This document shows positions 29,064 through 38,989 of a stretch of 64,000 nucleotides of DNA, one piece after another (the first letter of the stretch is position 1; each line of letters starts with the position of its first letter). Source of the DNA: Myxococcales bacterium (lineage in GTDB: Bacteria > Myxococcota_A > UBA9160 > UBA4427); contig JAAZXM010000003.1 in NCBI GenBank assembly GCA_014240165.1, positions 26,347 to 90,346 on the forward strand, in the 5' to 3' direction. Position numbers and translations under genes: made by a program. The notes under the pieces are model-generated. The model made no database searches. It was not told where the DNA came from and was given only the letters and a program-made list of their open reading frames with translations.

Positions 29064-29492
29064 ATGCTTCTCTGGAACGAGGGCGACTTCGAGATCAGCA
29101 CCGACAAGGCGCGCTTGGACGATTTGGCGATTCACGCCTTTCTGGTCGACGCCTATTGGTCGAAGGGGCGCTCTCTCGAGAAGGTCAGGCGAACCCTCGA
29201 GCACTCCTTATGCTTTGGGCTCTACGGGGGGAAAAAGCAAATCGGCTTTGGCCGGGTGGTGAGTGATTTTTCGACCTTCGCCTACATCGCCGATGTCTTC
29301 GTGATCGAAGCGCAGCGCGGGCATGGGTTCGGAAAACGCTTGGTGCAGTGCATGGTGGAGCATGAAGAACTCCAGGGTCTCAAGCGCTGGATCCTCGCCA
29401 CGGCAGATGCCCACGGCCTTTACGCGAATTTTGGCTTCACTTCCTTGTCCTCGCCCGAGCGTTTCATGGAAAAGCGCTTGCCCGGGGCATAG
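29064..29492 (+). CDS. GNAT family N-acetyltransferase
   Basis: GFGRVVSD, AYIADVFV, RGHGFGK and ATADAHGLY motifs. Confidence 0.92.
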   Translation: MLLWNEGDFEISTDKARLDDLAIHAFLVDAYWSKGRSLEKVRRTLEHSLCFGLYGGKKQIGFGRVVSDFSTFAYIADVFVIEAQRGHGFGKRLVQCMVEHEELQGLKRWILATADAHGLYANFGFTSLSSPERFMEKRLPGA

Positions 29493-29547
29493 TTGACGCT
29501 TCTCGGGGGCTTCGGGGGCAGGGGTTTTCCGATATCCTGCGCGTGCC

Positions 29548-30066
29548 ATGGATCCAGCGCCCTTCATCTCAGAGAATGCGAATGTGGTCGACAGCGTTGT
29601 CGGCGACGGCTCGAAGATCTGGAATTATTGCAATGTGTATGGCTGTACGATTGGCCGGAACACCCAGATCGGAAGCTATTGCGAGGTTCGCACGGGTGCC
29701 TCGGTGGGCGACGATTGCCGGCTCCAGTCGTATATCCTGGTGGCCGAGGATTGCGTGGTGGGCAACCACGTACTGATCGGGCCGGGCGTGATCTTCACCA
29801 ACGATAATGAGCCGTCCGTGCTCAAATCCAGGCAGAAGACCTGGACGCTGGAGCCGGTTCGGGTAGACGATTACGCGGTTCTGGGCGCGGGCAGCGTTCT
29901 GCTGCCGGGCGTGTGTATCGGGGCGCGATCGGTGGTGGCCGCGGGCAGCGTGGTAACCCGGGATGTGGAGCCCTGGGCGGTGGTCATGGGCAACCCGGCG
30001 AAAAAGGTGGGCGATATTCGCGAGTCCCCCTACAAAGAGCGCTGGCCCGAGTTGCTTCCGGGTTAA
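29548..30066 (+). CDS. Hexapeptide-repeat (LbetaH) N-acetyltransferase, WbpD/FdtC-like
   Basis: Repeated [IV]Gxxxx hexapeptides, IGPGVIFTND, and AAGSVVTRDV...GNPA. Confidence 0.88.
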   Translation: MDPAPFISENANVVDSVVGDGSKIWNYCNVYGCTIGRNTQIGSYCEVRTGASVGDDCRLQSYILVAEDCVVGNHVLIGPGVIFTNDNEPSVLKSRQKTWTLEPVRVDDYAVLGAGSVLLPGVCIGARSVVAAGSVVTRDVEPWAVVMGNPAKKVGDIRESPYKERWPELLPG

Positions 30067-30155
30067 GGCTTTCCTTGCTGTGCTTCGGAGTTGCCACCTT
30101 GCTGGGCCTAAAGGCAACCCCTCTTCTGCTCTGATCCAATGGGGCGATAGGCTGC

Positions 30156-33092
30156 CTAGAGGCGGTGGAAGATGAAGTCGTTGCTGAAGAGGCCGCCGGG
30201 ATTCTGAACTTGGAGAAAGTGGATGCCCAGGGCTTCGGGGGGCGTCTCCAATTCGATTCGGATTCTCGCGTCGTTGCAAGTCGGGAGATCGCCGCTCACG
30301 CAGGTCACGTTCCCCTGCACCCTGCGGCCGTCGACGATCAGATGGGCCCCCGCCTGGATATGTCTTCCATTGACAGTCATGACCGACGCGCCCGACAAAA
30401 GGCGCGGGAATTGTTGTCGGCCGGACTGTTCCTGGATCGTGGAGCGGGTCCAGAGGGCGGGTTGTGGATGGTTGACATCGGTATTCACGCCCAGTCGCCC
30501 AGTCAGGGTGCCGACAAACCCCCCGCTTTCCGCAAGGGAGAGCAACTCGGCGCGGGTATGTGATTGCGGATTCTCGCCTCCTTCTATGTAGGCTCCCGCG
30601 CCGACCGTAGGATCGAATTCAAGGGCCACGTGGCGTGAACCCGCGCTATCGATGAATACACCCGTGCCCTGCAAAACGATGGCTTCCTCACTGGCTGATA
30701 ATTCCAAGGCATCGAGGAGGTCGGAGGTTTGGGCCAGGGCGATGGACTGCTCATTCAGGCTGACGCTGCGAGCGAAGGAACCCGAGAACCCGGTGCTTCC
30801 TTCGGTGACCATATTCCAGACCGGGTCGAAGCGAGGTCGGAAGCCCCATGAGAGCCGCCACACCGCCTGCTCGGGACTACCCACCGCTGAGATAGCCCGG
30901 TAGAAGCTGAAGTCGATGATGTTGAGGCGTCCTTGGGGAAGGATGAGCCAGCGATCGTAGGCGCCTCGCCAAGTGGGTGCGTCCATCCCGGTCCCGAACG
31001 TATTCGTACTGACAAGGAAGGGCATTCGATGGCAATCGCCGCAGACGTTGGGCTGGGGGTTTCCCTGCAGGTCGCCATCGATATGAAAGAGCCTGAAACC
31101 AGCCTGCGCAACATCGGACAACACGTTGTTGTAGGGGCGCCTTTGCGATGGGGGGTAGGGCACGCTCAGCAGGAATGTGGCCATTGCATCGCGTTCGGCA
31201 GCGCTCAAGGCACCTGCCTTGCCTTCATCGTTGCCCGGGCAATTGGCCACCATGCACATCGTTGATGCGAGAGAGCCGTCTACCAAGAAGCGCGTGCAAC
31301 TATCGGGATCATCGAGTTCGCAGTTCGGTGCTTCGATTCCGAAGATGTTCGAGGTATTCCTTCCTCCATAGGGGTCACCCGGAATCCCGTCCCAGTGGTA
31401 GGGGGTGGTATCTCGAAGGCCGCGGATCGGCATGGTGACGCGCGGCGGGATCTGGTTGCAGCCCGGAAGGTCGCAGATCGGCGTATCCAGGACCCAGAGC
31501 AGTTGGTCCGTGCCTCCATCCGGGTGGCAACTCTCGCAAGAGAACGTGCCGGTGGTCGAGGCACGGGCATCATTGAAGGCAATTCGTCCCGCTTTGACTA
31601 CGGGATCAGTGGGGTCTTCCAGGGGAATTGTCTCCAGGACCTCGGGTAGGAGAGGATCGGATAAATCCACCAGGGCGACACTGTTGTCTCCGACGCTCAA
31701 GACCCAGGCTCGGGTGGCTATGCCTTGGGGATCCGATTCGAGTGCGATCCCGCGCGGTACCGCGCCGACTTGTGTGCGCCCGAGGACCTGACCGCTCTCC
31801 GCTCCCAGCGTGAAGACACTATTCGAACCCGCTGCGCTGACGAGTAGCAGCGAGTCATCACCGCTGATTTGGATCGCGAACGGGGTTGCGAGTGCCAACT
31901 CGGGGTCGGGCTCCGCCGGGGGCAGCGGCTCGAGGTCGATGATTTCCGGCAGGCCGCATGCGGCGCTGCAATCGACTTGGGTAATCCCGTTGAGGAAGGC
32001 CCGATTATCCATTTCGCCCAAGCCGTCGGCCTCTGATCCGGCAAGTCCGTTGGCGTCATTTCTCGCATCGGTTTGGGTGACGTAGACCTGCCCAGTGGAG
32101 TCGACAGCCAGGCCGTAGAGCAGGGTTCCCATAGTATCGACGACATCCAATAATTCGTCTGTCGCCGTGTCGAAAACAAAGAGGTCCCGATCGGGAACCA
32201 GTGGGTGCTTGATGATATCCACGACTGCGCCCCTCGAGAGGACGTTGTTGCTGGTGATCGAGTGGGCCCTGGCGTCGAAAGTGCACAGGCCGTCCCCCAT
32301 GGTTCCGGCCAGCGAAGCTCCGACGCAGGTCGGGTCGCTCGCATCCATGCAGCAGCCGGAAAGCTGGGTCTGGTTATTGGATTCGAACGGGATTACGTAG
32401 AGTCGGCCGTCCCGAACCTTGATTGCGCGTGGATCCTGCGCGGGAATCTCCAAATTGTGGGTCACTTGGCGGGTTGCGGTATCGACAACCGCGATCTGGT
32501 TTTCCGAGGAGAGGGCGATATAGGCTTTTTCATCGCTGGCGAAGGCGATGCCCATGGGCTCGTCGAAGCGGGTTGATTTGGTGGCCGGGTCGAGATCCTG
32601 GATGGTGGCGACGACCTGGCGGTAGGTAGGGCTTTCCGGGTCGTTGTCGATCACGCTCACCGAGTCTGAGACGTGGTTGGAAGCCCAAACCTCCAGACCA
32701 TCCGGCCTCACTGCGAGACTTACAGGGTCTATGCCGACCTCGATCCGGGCCTCGACTCTTCGGCTAGCCACTCCGATGACATCGACCGTATCCGCCGGAG
32801 TATTGACGACGAAGACTTCTTCTCCTGCAACGGCGATCGGTGACGCGTGCGGGCTCATGAAATTCGGATGACCGACGGCGCTGACAGCGGCAGGCGGAGG
32901 AGTGGGTGGTTCCTGTGTGGCGGACTGGTCCCCCGCTTGCTCGCAGGCGGCCAGCGCGAGCACGACGCAGGAAATCGTGATTCGCAGGGCCGGAATCCAG
33001 CGCCATGAAGCCGCAGGGTCGAGCGGTTTGCGGTTATTCGCTTTCCGAGAAGTCGCGCGCGGTAAGAGCCAATGAAAAACCGATGAACCCAT
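30156..33092 (-). CDS. Lipoprotein with YncE/YVTN beta-propeller and di-heme cytochrome c (peroxidase/MauG-like) domain
   Basis: Lipobox LAAC. Propeller repeats VNTPADTVDVI, VGIDPVSLAV...SNHVSDSVSVI and VGAVPRGIAL. GRIAFND...CESCH and GFRLF...CGDCH heme sites. Start uncertain. Confidence 0.85.
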   Translation of the reverse strand: MGSSVFHWLLPRATSRKANNRKPLDPAASWRWIPALRITISCVVLALAACEQAGDQSATQEPPTPPPAAVSAVGHPNFMSPHASPIAVAGEEVFVVNTPADTVDVIGVASRRVEARIEVGIDPVSLAVRPDGLEVWASNHVSDSVSVIDNDPESPTYRQVVATIQDLDPATKSTRFDEPMGIAFASDEKAYIALSSENQIAVVDTATRQVTHNLEIPAQDPRAIKVRDGRLYVIPFESNNQTQLSGCCMDASDPTCVGASLAGTMGDGLCTFDARAHSITSNNVLSRGAVVDIIKHPLVPDRDLFVFDTATDELLDVVDTMGTLLYGLAVDSTGQVYVTQTDARNDANGLAGSEADGLGEMDNRAFLNGITQVDCSAACGLPEIIDLEPLPPAEPDPELALATPFAIQISGDDSLLLVSAAGSNSVFTLGAESGQVLGRTQVGAVPRGIALESDPQGIATRAWVLSVGDNSVALVDLSDPLLPEVLETIPLEDPTDPVVKAGRIAFNDARASTTGTFSCESCHPDGGTDQLLWVLDTPICDLPGCNQIPPRVTMPIRGLRDTTPYHWDGIPGDPYGGRNTSNIFGIEAPNCELDDPDSCTRFLVDGSLASTMCMVANCPGNDEGKAGALSAAERDAMATFLLSVPYPPSQRRPYNNVLSDVAQAGFRLFHIDGDLQGNPQPNVCGDCHRMPFLVSTNTFGTGMDAPTWRGAYDRWLILPQGRLNIIDFSFYRAISAVGSPEQAVWRLSWGFRPRFDPVWNMVTEGSTGFSGSFARSVSLNEQSIALAQTSDLLDALELSASEEAIVLQGTGVFIDSAGSRHVALEFDPTVGAGAYIEGGENPQSHTRAELLSLAESGGFVGTLTGRLGVNTDVNHPQPALWTRSTIQEQSGRQQFPRLLSGASVMTVNGRHIQAGAHLIVDGRRVQGNVTCVSGDLPTCNDARIRIELETPPEALGIHFLQVQNPGGLFSNDFIFHRL

Positions 33093-33640
33093 GGAGACGG
33101 CTGCCTTTATTCGGACTTGACGCGCGAGTCTAGCCAGATCCCGACTTCTCCGGAGCAATCGGTTCCCTTACGCGAGCTACGGCGCTTAGAGACCCGGTCG
33201 ACCCGCAGAACTTTAGGGTCGGCCCCATGCCGCCGTCGAAAGCCAAGTTGAAGCTTCCGATTCCGCGAAGCGCTCCAGTCGGTAGAGCATCAGTGCGGAT
33301 CCCCTACGACTCAAGATCTCGATTGCTCAAGTGATGCTTCGTGGGGGCTGGGAGGCCAGCAATATTTCATCGGAACGTGTGTTCTGAGTTGCGTGAGGGA
33401 CGCGATGAATTCAGTCGGAATTGCACTCTTGGCTACGGGAAAGACCTGAGGTTTATCTGCAGGAAACCCTTCGCGTGCTGATGGTTCATTCAATCAAGCG
33501 CTCCCAATCAAAATTGTTGGTCCAAGCCAGGAAGTTTCCCGGACTTCTTAATCATGTTCGGGAGATTCAAACGTTGGTTGCTCGCTGCCTTCTCCTAGTT
33601 GCATTTGTTCACGGAATTTTGAATCGGGAGTACGCATACC

Positions 33641-36600
33641 ATGACTACTACTGTTGCTCGCTTAGCCTCCTCAATCGGAATGAATTCCTCGAGAAATATC
33701 GTCGCCTTGGTTGGAGCCCTCGCGATGTCCTTGGTCATCGGTCCATTCGCTGCGCAAGCCGATGGGGATAAGAAGAAATCACGATCACCTTTTCCCCCCG
33801 CTGGCGATCCCTCCGCCTATACGGGCCCGTCGATTGCGGATGTGCCCGACGGCCTGCCCCATGCCAATGAAGGGGCCTTTGAAGGGGCCGGCGTACTCGG
33901 CAAAGACGCTTTGACGGAAAAAAATTCAGTATCGGAAGCTGAGCTCATCGAGGACCGGAAATTTGACGTTCCGACGGGCATGGCTCCGAGTCCACTATTT
34001 GGCGCTGCGCCCTTCAGTCAGCAGATGCTTCGCTTTGAAGAATTTGGAGTGAAAAAACTTCGATTGAAGAAAAAGCTGAAGAAGAACAAACAGCCGAAGA
34101 ATTGGGCCCCCTTGCCCGCACCGGCGAACGCACAGGCGATTCCCGATGGCGGCGCGCTCGATTCATTCCTGCGCCAATCGATCTGGCCCTTGCCCAGTGA
34201 ATTCGCGAATGAGCAGGACTCGAATCCCTGGCAGGCCCAGATCGAGGCCTGGCTCGGGCGATCCTTGGATAGTCCCCCGGCTGAAGGTCGACCGCCGGGA
34301 CAGGGCTGGGCGCATCAGCGCTGGAAAGAGTTCAAGCCCAAGGTCTATTACCAGACCGCGACCGCGGGAGCTCGGGTCAACGGCGGGCTGCGCGATCCCT
34401 TTCAGGATCATGGCTATGCCAATGGCGAGTTCGCTGCTGATGGCCTCTACTACAATACGTTGGGCGAAGAGGGTTTCGACGGGACCACTGCGGGCATTCC
34501 GGTTCGATTTCATCCCGCCATGCCGGAGCAGCAGTCGAGCACTGTTTGGACTTTTGACGGAACGTTCCCGCCCAAATTGCTCAAGGTGCGATACGGCCAG
34601 CCTGTGTTGATGCGGCAATACAACGCACTCCCCATCGATGTCGCCGAGAACGCGGGCTTTGGAATTCACACGCTGACTACCCATGAGCATAATGGCCACA
34701 ACCCGGCGGAGAGTGATGGCTATACCAATGCTTTCTTCTTTCCCGGTCAGTTCTACGACTATCGCTGGCCCATCGCCCTGGCTGGTCACGATTCGATCAA
34801 CAAAAAAGCAAAGGATTGGCGGGCGGGTCGGCCGGATGGCAAAGGCGGTATCAAGAGGATTCCTGGCGATTGGCGCGAAACCATGAGCACGCATTGGTAC
34901 CACGATCACATGCTCGACTATACGGCGCAAAATGTATACAAGGGCAACGCAGCGATGATGAACTACTACAGCGCGCTTGATCGCGGCAACGAGGGAATCA
35001 ATGATGGCGTGAATTTGCGGCTGCCGAGCGGAACAGCCTTGGATTGGGGCAACCGCGATTACGATGTGAATCTTCTGTTGGCCGAAAAGGCGTGGGATGC
35101 GTCCGGGCAACTGGCATTCAATCCCTTCAACCAGAAGGGGTTCATCGGCGACGCCATGACGGTGAATTGGCTCTATAAGCCCTATTTCGAGGTTCGGGCC
35201 CGGCGTTATCGATTCCGGCTTCTGAATGCTTCGGTTTCTCGCTACTTCAAGGTGGCCTTGGTCAATGAAGTTGGCGCACCCGTGCCCTTCTACATGGTCG
35301 CGAACGATGGAAATATCATGGAGCACACGGTGTATTTCGAAAATGGCGAACTGCCGACACTGGGAATCGCCGAACGCTACGACATCGTGATCGACTTCAG
35401 CGAATTCGAGCCCGGTTCCAAGCTCTACCTGGTGAATATGCTGCAACATAAGAATGGGCAAGTGACGGATGTGCCCATTCCCCTGGCGGATATCGCCAGT
35501 GGCGCCTACGCAGCCGAAGCTCAGGACATCGACTTCGATGGCGTTGCGGACGAGTGGGTCGATGGTGACCCAGTGGTTGGCCGCTTCCTCGAATTCCAAG
35601 TCCAGGAATACGCCGAGGTGGATCAGAGTATGGATCCTGCGCTCTACGTCGCTGGTGGGGAAAAAATGATTCCCCTGAATCGGCCGACGGAGGAGGAGCT
35701 GGCCGGCGCGTTGCATCGAACTTTTGAGTTCGAAAAAGAACAAACCGACGAGACTCCTTGGGTCATCGAGACAGATGGCGGCAAGGGGTATACGGCCGAC
35801 CCTCGAAGACTCGCTGCTGCGCCCGAAAAGAATTCGGGCGGCCTGGAAGTGTGGCGGCTCGTCAACAGTGGGACCTGGAGTCACCCGATCCATATCCACT
35901 TCGAAGAGGGAATCATCCTCAGGCGAAACGGAAAGCCGCCGCCGGAATGGGAGAAATGGGCGCGAAAGGACGTCTACCGGCTGGGGCCGCAGGAAGACAG
36001 CGGCGTCATGGTGGAAATCGCTTTTCGTTTCCGAGAATTTGCCGGGACATATATGGAGCATTGTCATAATACCCAGCACGAAGATCACGCGATGCTCTTG
36101 CGCTGGGATATCGAGCACCCCGGCCAGGTGGAGTTGATGCCGGTTCCCTTCCCGTCATGGGATGGCGTGAGCTATGTGGATACCCACGCTCTTCCCACTT
36201 TCCGCACGGGTGATGCAGTCGGCGAGTACGGGCCCGAAATGGATCCGGTTTCGCTCTGGGTCGAGGGCGCGACAATGGGGCAACTCGACGATATCCGCGA
36301 TATGCCGTTGGGCGATGCGTTGGATGAGCAACCCAATGAGCGTGGAACAATCACCTTCCCGCTGACGCTGGGGACGAATGACGATGACGGCGTGCTGACC
36401 GACGTGTGGTTTTTCTTGCACGATATCAGTGACGAAGCCCTGGCTGATGAAATGGGCCTGGCCTGGGGAGGTGCGCTTGTCGGTACTCCGGATGCGGCCA
36501 CCTCGACTGCGAGTATCGATCCCATCACGGGGCATTGGACCTTCTATGGAGATCTGCCCAATCCGGTGCATGCGGGAGATACCAACCCGGTTGGCATTCC

Positions 36601-37480
36601 TGATATTTTGAATGGCTGCGATCCCGGGAGCACTGATCCGTGCAATGACTACTCGCCGCTTCGCCGCATGGTGATCGACGGAAAAGAAGTCATCGTGAAT
36701 GCGATCATGGTCAAGTGGGGCGGCGAACCCTGGGAACAACTCCGCGTAGACCAGAGCTGTGTCAGTTTCCCCGAAACCCCTTGGAGTGATCCCAAGACCT
36801 GCGCCTATGTGGGTGCGGGTTGGGGCGAACTGAATGCTTCGGGCCAGGTTCTGGAATTGGAGACGGCGGTTCTGAATCCCTACGTGACTTTCAAATTGCA
36901 TAAATCATGGGCGGGAGAAGCCGATTATTTGCCTTATTACATCGTGCTGGACACGTTTGCGAGCAATTACGACGCTGGGCTCGACGAATGGGTCCCGAAT
37001 CATGGGCCTGCGAAAGCGATGGGCATTCCCTTTGTGCCCAAGCATGAGCATCTGGGGTCGGCAGGTGCGCCGCTGGTTCAGTTCATACCTCCCGTCTCGC
37101 TCTATCCGGGCAAGACTCCCGCCAATCCTCTGGGATACGGGCTGCAGGGCGGTGGTCCGCTCGGGGGTCAGGTGGGTGTGCCGGCCTATTTCATGCCTGA
37201 AGATGACTACAGCCCCATGTGGCATATCGGCTTCGCTCGCTGGCTTGAGCCGGCAACGGAAGTCGTGAAGGGATTCGAGCGGCTGAAGGAACTGCGTGCC
37301 GAAGGCAGGCTCGAGATCGTCGAATTCCCGCCGCCTCCGCAATTTGGGAGTGACAATTTCGATTTCGATCACCAGAACTCGGAGGGCAACGCGCGGCATA
37401 TCGTCAACTGTCCCACGACGATGACCATCGACGCTGCCATCCATGAGGCTCGCCAGGTCGACCAGCCGCCCCTTCCGTAG
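33641..37480 (+). CDS. Large secreted multicopper oxidase (McoA/MofA-like) with C-terminal extension
   Basis: Signal peptide ending AQA. All four Cu motifs are present: THEHNGH, HWYHDH, HPIHIH and HCHNTQHEDHAM. About 420 extra aa follow. Confidence 0.92.
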   Translation: MTTTVARLASSIGMNSSRNIVALVGALAMSLVIGPFAAQADGDKKKSRSPFPPAGDPSAYTGPSIADVPDGLPHANEGAFEGAGVLGKDALTEKNSVSEAELIEDRKFDVPTGMAPSPLFGAAPFSQQMLRFEEFGVKKLRLKKKLKKNKQPKNWAPLPAPANAQAIPDGGALDSFLRQSIWPLPSEFANEQDSNPWQAQIEAWLGRSLDSPPAEGRPPGQGWAHQRWKEFKPKVYYQTATAGARVNGGLRDPFQDHGYANGEFAADGLYYNTLGEEGFDGTTAGIPVRFHPAMPEQQSSTVWTFDGTFPPKLLKVRYGQPVLMRQYNALPIDVAENAGFGIHTLTTHEHNGHNPAESDGYTNAFFFPGQFYDYRWPIALAGHDSINKKAKDWRAGRPDGKGGIKRIPGDWRETMSTHWYHDHMLDYTAQNVYKGNAAMMNYYSALDRGNEGINDGVNLRLPSGTALDWGNRDYDVNLLLAEKAWDASGQLAFNPFNQKGFIGDAMTVNWLYKPYFEVRARRYRFRLLNASVSRYFKVALVNEVGAPVPFYMVANDGNIMEHTVYFENGELPTLGIAERYDIVIDFSEFEPGSKLYLVNMLQHKNGQVTDVPIPLADIASGAYAAEAQDIDFDGVADEWVDGDPVVGRFLEFQVQEYAEVDQSMDPALYVAGGEKMIPLNRPTEEELAGALHRTFEFEKEQTDETPWVIETDGGKGYTADPRRLAAAPEKNSGGLEVWRLVNSGTWSHPIHIHFEEGIILRRNGKPPPEWEKWARKDVYRLGPQEDSGVMVEIAFRFREFAGTYMEHCHNTQHEDHAMLLRWDIEHPGQVELMPVPFPSWDGVSYVDTHALPTFRTGDAVGEYGPEMDPVSLWVEGATMGQLDDIRDMPLGDALDEQPNERGTITFPLTLGTNDDDGVLTDVWFFLHDISDEALADEMGLAWGGALVGTPDAATSTASIDPITGHWTFYGDLPNPVHAGDTNPVGIPDILNGCDPGSTDPCNDYSPLRRMVIDGKEVIVNAIMVKWGGEPWEQLRVDQSCVSFPETPWSDPKTCAYVGAGWGELNASGQVLELETAVLNPYVTFKLHKSWAGEADYLPYYIVLDTFASNYDAGLDEWVPNHGPAKAMGIPFVPKHEHLGSAGAPLVQFIPPVSLYPGKTPANPLGYGLQGGGPLGGQVGVPAYFMPEDDYSPMWHIGFARWLEPATEVVKGFERLKELRAEGRLEIVEFPPPPQFGSDNFDFDHQNSEGNARHIVNCPTTMTIDAAIHEARQVDQPPLP

Positions 37481-37537
37481 GGGCGGCTGGGTCGGCAACG
37501 CCCGCATGCCATCTCGGCACTCAAAGAGGAATGACCC

Positions 37538-38893
37538 ATGACTGGTGAAATGAAAATCCGAGCTTCGTTGTTTTCGAAAAGTCTGGCCGCATGTGGAATC
37601 GTGCTCAGTCTCATCCTGGGTGCGATCTCCACCGAGGCCTCGAAATGGGGCGGCGAGTATTTCCCCAATATTCCCCTGGTGACCGAAGAAGGGGAAGAGG
37701 TGCGTTTCTTCGATGATCTGATCGAGGGGAAAGTAGTCGCCATCAACTTCATCTATACGACCTGCCCCGATACGTGTCCTCTCGAGACAGCTCAACTTCT
37801 GAAGGTTGAGAAGATTCTAGGTGAGCGAATGGGGCAGGACGTCTTCTTTTATTCCATTACAATCGATCCGGAAACCGATACCCCGGCCGTGATGAAGGAA
37901 TACAAAGAACGGTTCGGTGCAAGTTGGACGTTCCTGAGCGGCGATAAGGAAGACATCGTTCTCCTGCGGCGGAAACTCGGCCTCTATATCGACGAGATCC
38001 AGGATGGTTCCAAGAACCACAACGTGAACATGATCATCGGGAATCAGGGGACAGGTCGCTGGATGCGCCGCTCCCCCATGGAGAATCCCTATGTGCTGGC
38101 CGACCAATTGGGGAATTGGCTGACGGGTTGGAAGGCTCCTCAGCCAGAGGAAAGTTATGCTTCTGCTCCGAAGCTCCGGAATATTTCCACGGGGGAGCAG
38201 CTCTTCAGGACGCGCTGCGCGACCTGCCATAGCGTAAATGGCAGCGACGGCAGCAATGCCCTTGGGCCGGATCTACTGGGGGTGAACGATCGCCGGGATA
38301 AGGGCTGGCTCCTCAGCTGGCTCCAGGCTCCCGATCGAATGCTCGAAGCGGGGGATCCCATCGCGACTCAGCTCTACGAGGAATATGGCCGAGTCGCCAT
38401 GCCGAATATGCGACTGAATCGCGAGGAAGCCGAAGCCCTGTTGGATTATTTGGGAACCGAGACGACTCGATTGGAGAAAGCTGCGATCCGGGAGCAGTTC
38501 CTCTCGAGGCGTCGAAATCGGCCAGCTGGAGATGTGGTTGCTGTGATGAATGCCTGGGTTCGCGAGGCCGACGGGGCGGCTCGGATGAACGCCGGGTACA
38601 TGACGTTGGTCAACGCGGGCTCCAAGGATGTCCGCCTCGTCAAGGTTGAAAGCAAGGCATTCGACTACGTCGAGGTGCATGAGATGGCGCAGATCGACGG
38701 CCTGATGGAAATGCGGGAGATCGATCGCCTCGTGATCCCCGCCAAGGCTCAGGCAGAACTCGCTCCGGGCGGAAAGCATCTGATGATGTCGGGGCCGCGG
38801 GAACCGCTCGAGGCGGGGCAGCGGGTAGACCTTGTGCTGACCTTCGACTCGGGGATGAAGCAGACAGTGTCGGTTCGGGTCGCGGCCATGTAG
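37538..38893 (+). CDS. SCO1/SenC - cytochrome c - PCuAC copper chaperone triple fusion
   Basis: Signal peptide. SCO CPDTC and ITIDPETD. Heme CATCH with MPNM. PCuAC AWVR...AGYM...EVHEM...MEM...GGKHLMM. Confidence 0.92.
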   Translation: MTGEMKIRASLFSKSLAACGIVLSLILGAISTEASKWGGEYFPNIPLVTEEGEEVRFFDDLIEGKVVAINFIYTTCPDTCPLETAQLLKVEKILGERMGQDVFFYSITIDPETDTPAVMKEYKERFGASWTFLSGDKEDIVLLRRKLGLYIDEIQDGSKNHNVNMIIGNQGTGRWMRRSPMENPYVLADQLGNWLTGWKAPQPEESYASAPKLRNISTGEQLFRTRCATCHSVNGSDGSNALGPDLLGVNDRRDKGWLLSWLQAPDRMLEAGDPIATQLYEEYGRVAMPNMRLNREEAEALLDYLGTETTRLEKAAIREQFLSRRRNRPAGDVVAVMNAWVREADGAARMNAGYMTLVNAGSKDVRLVKVESKAFDYVEVHEMAQIDGLMEMREIDRLVIPAKAQAELAPGGKHLMMSGPREPLEAGQRVDLVLTFDSGMKQTVSVRVAAM

Positions 38894-38989
38894 ATAAGCG
38901 GCCCTATGGTTCAGGCTCTATGGTCATCGAGGAGGCGGTTTACGGCTGGCCCATGATTGCGGCCTGATTTCGGGCGACGGCCGTCGGTC

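Noticed and set aside
30156-33092. Nitrite reductase NirS or hydrazine synthase call for the propeller-heme protein
   Set aside because: The domain order (propeller before two hemes) and motifs do not match, and no nir or hzs genes are nearby.
34163-36118. 651-aa minus-strand ORF
   Set aside because: It is the antisense shadow of the multicopper oxidase, which carries all the diagnostic motifs.
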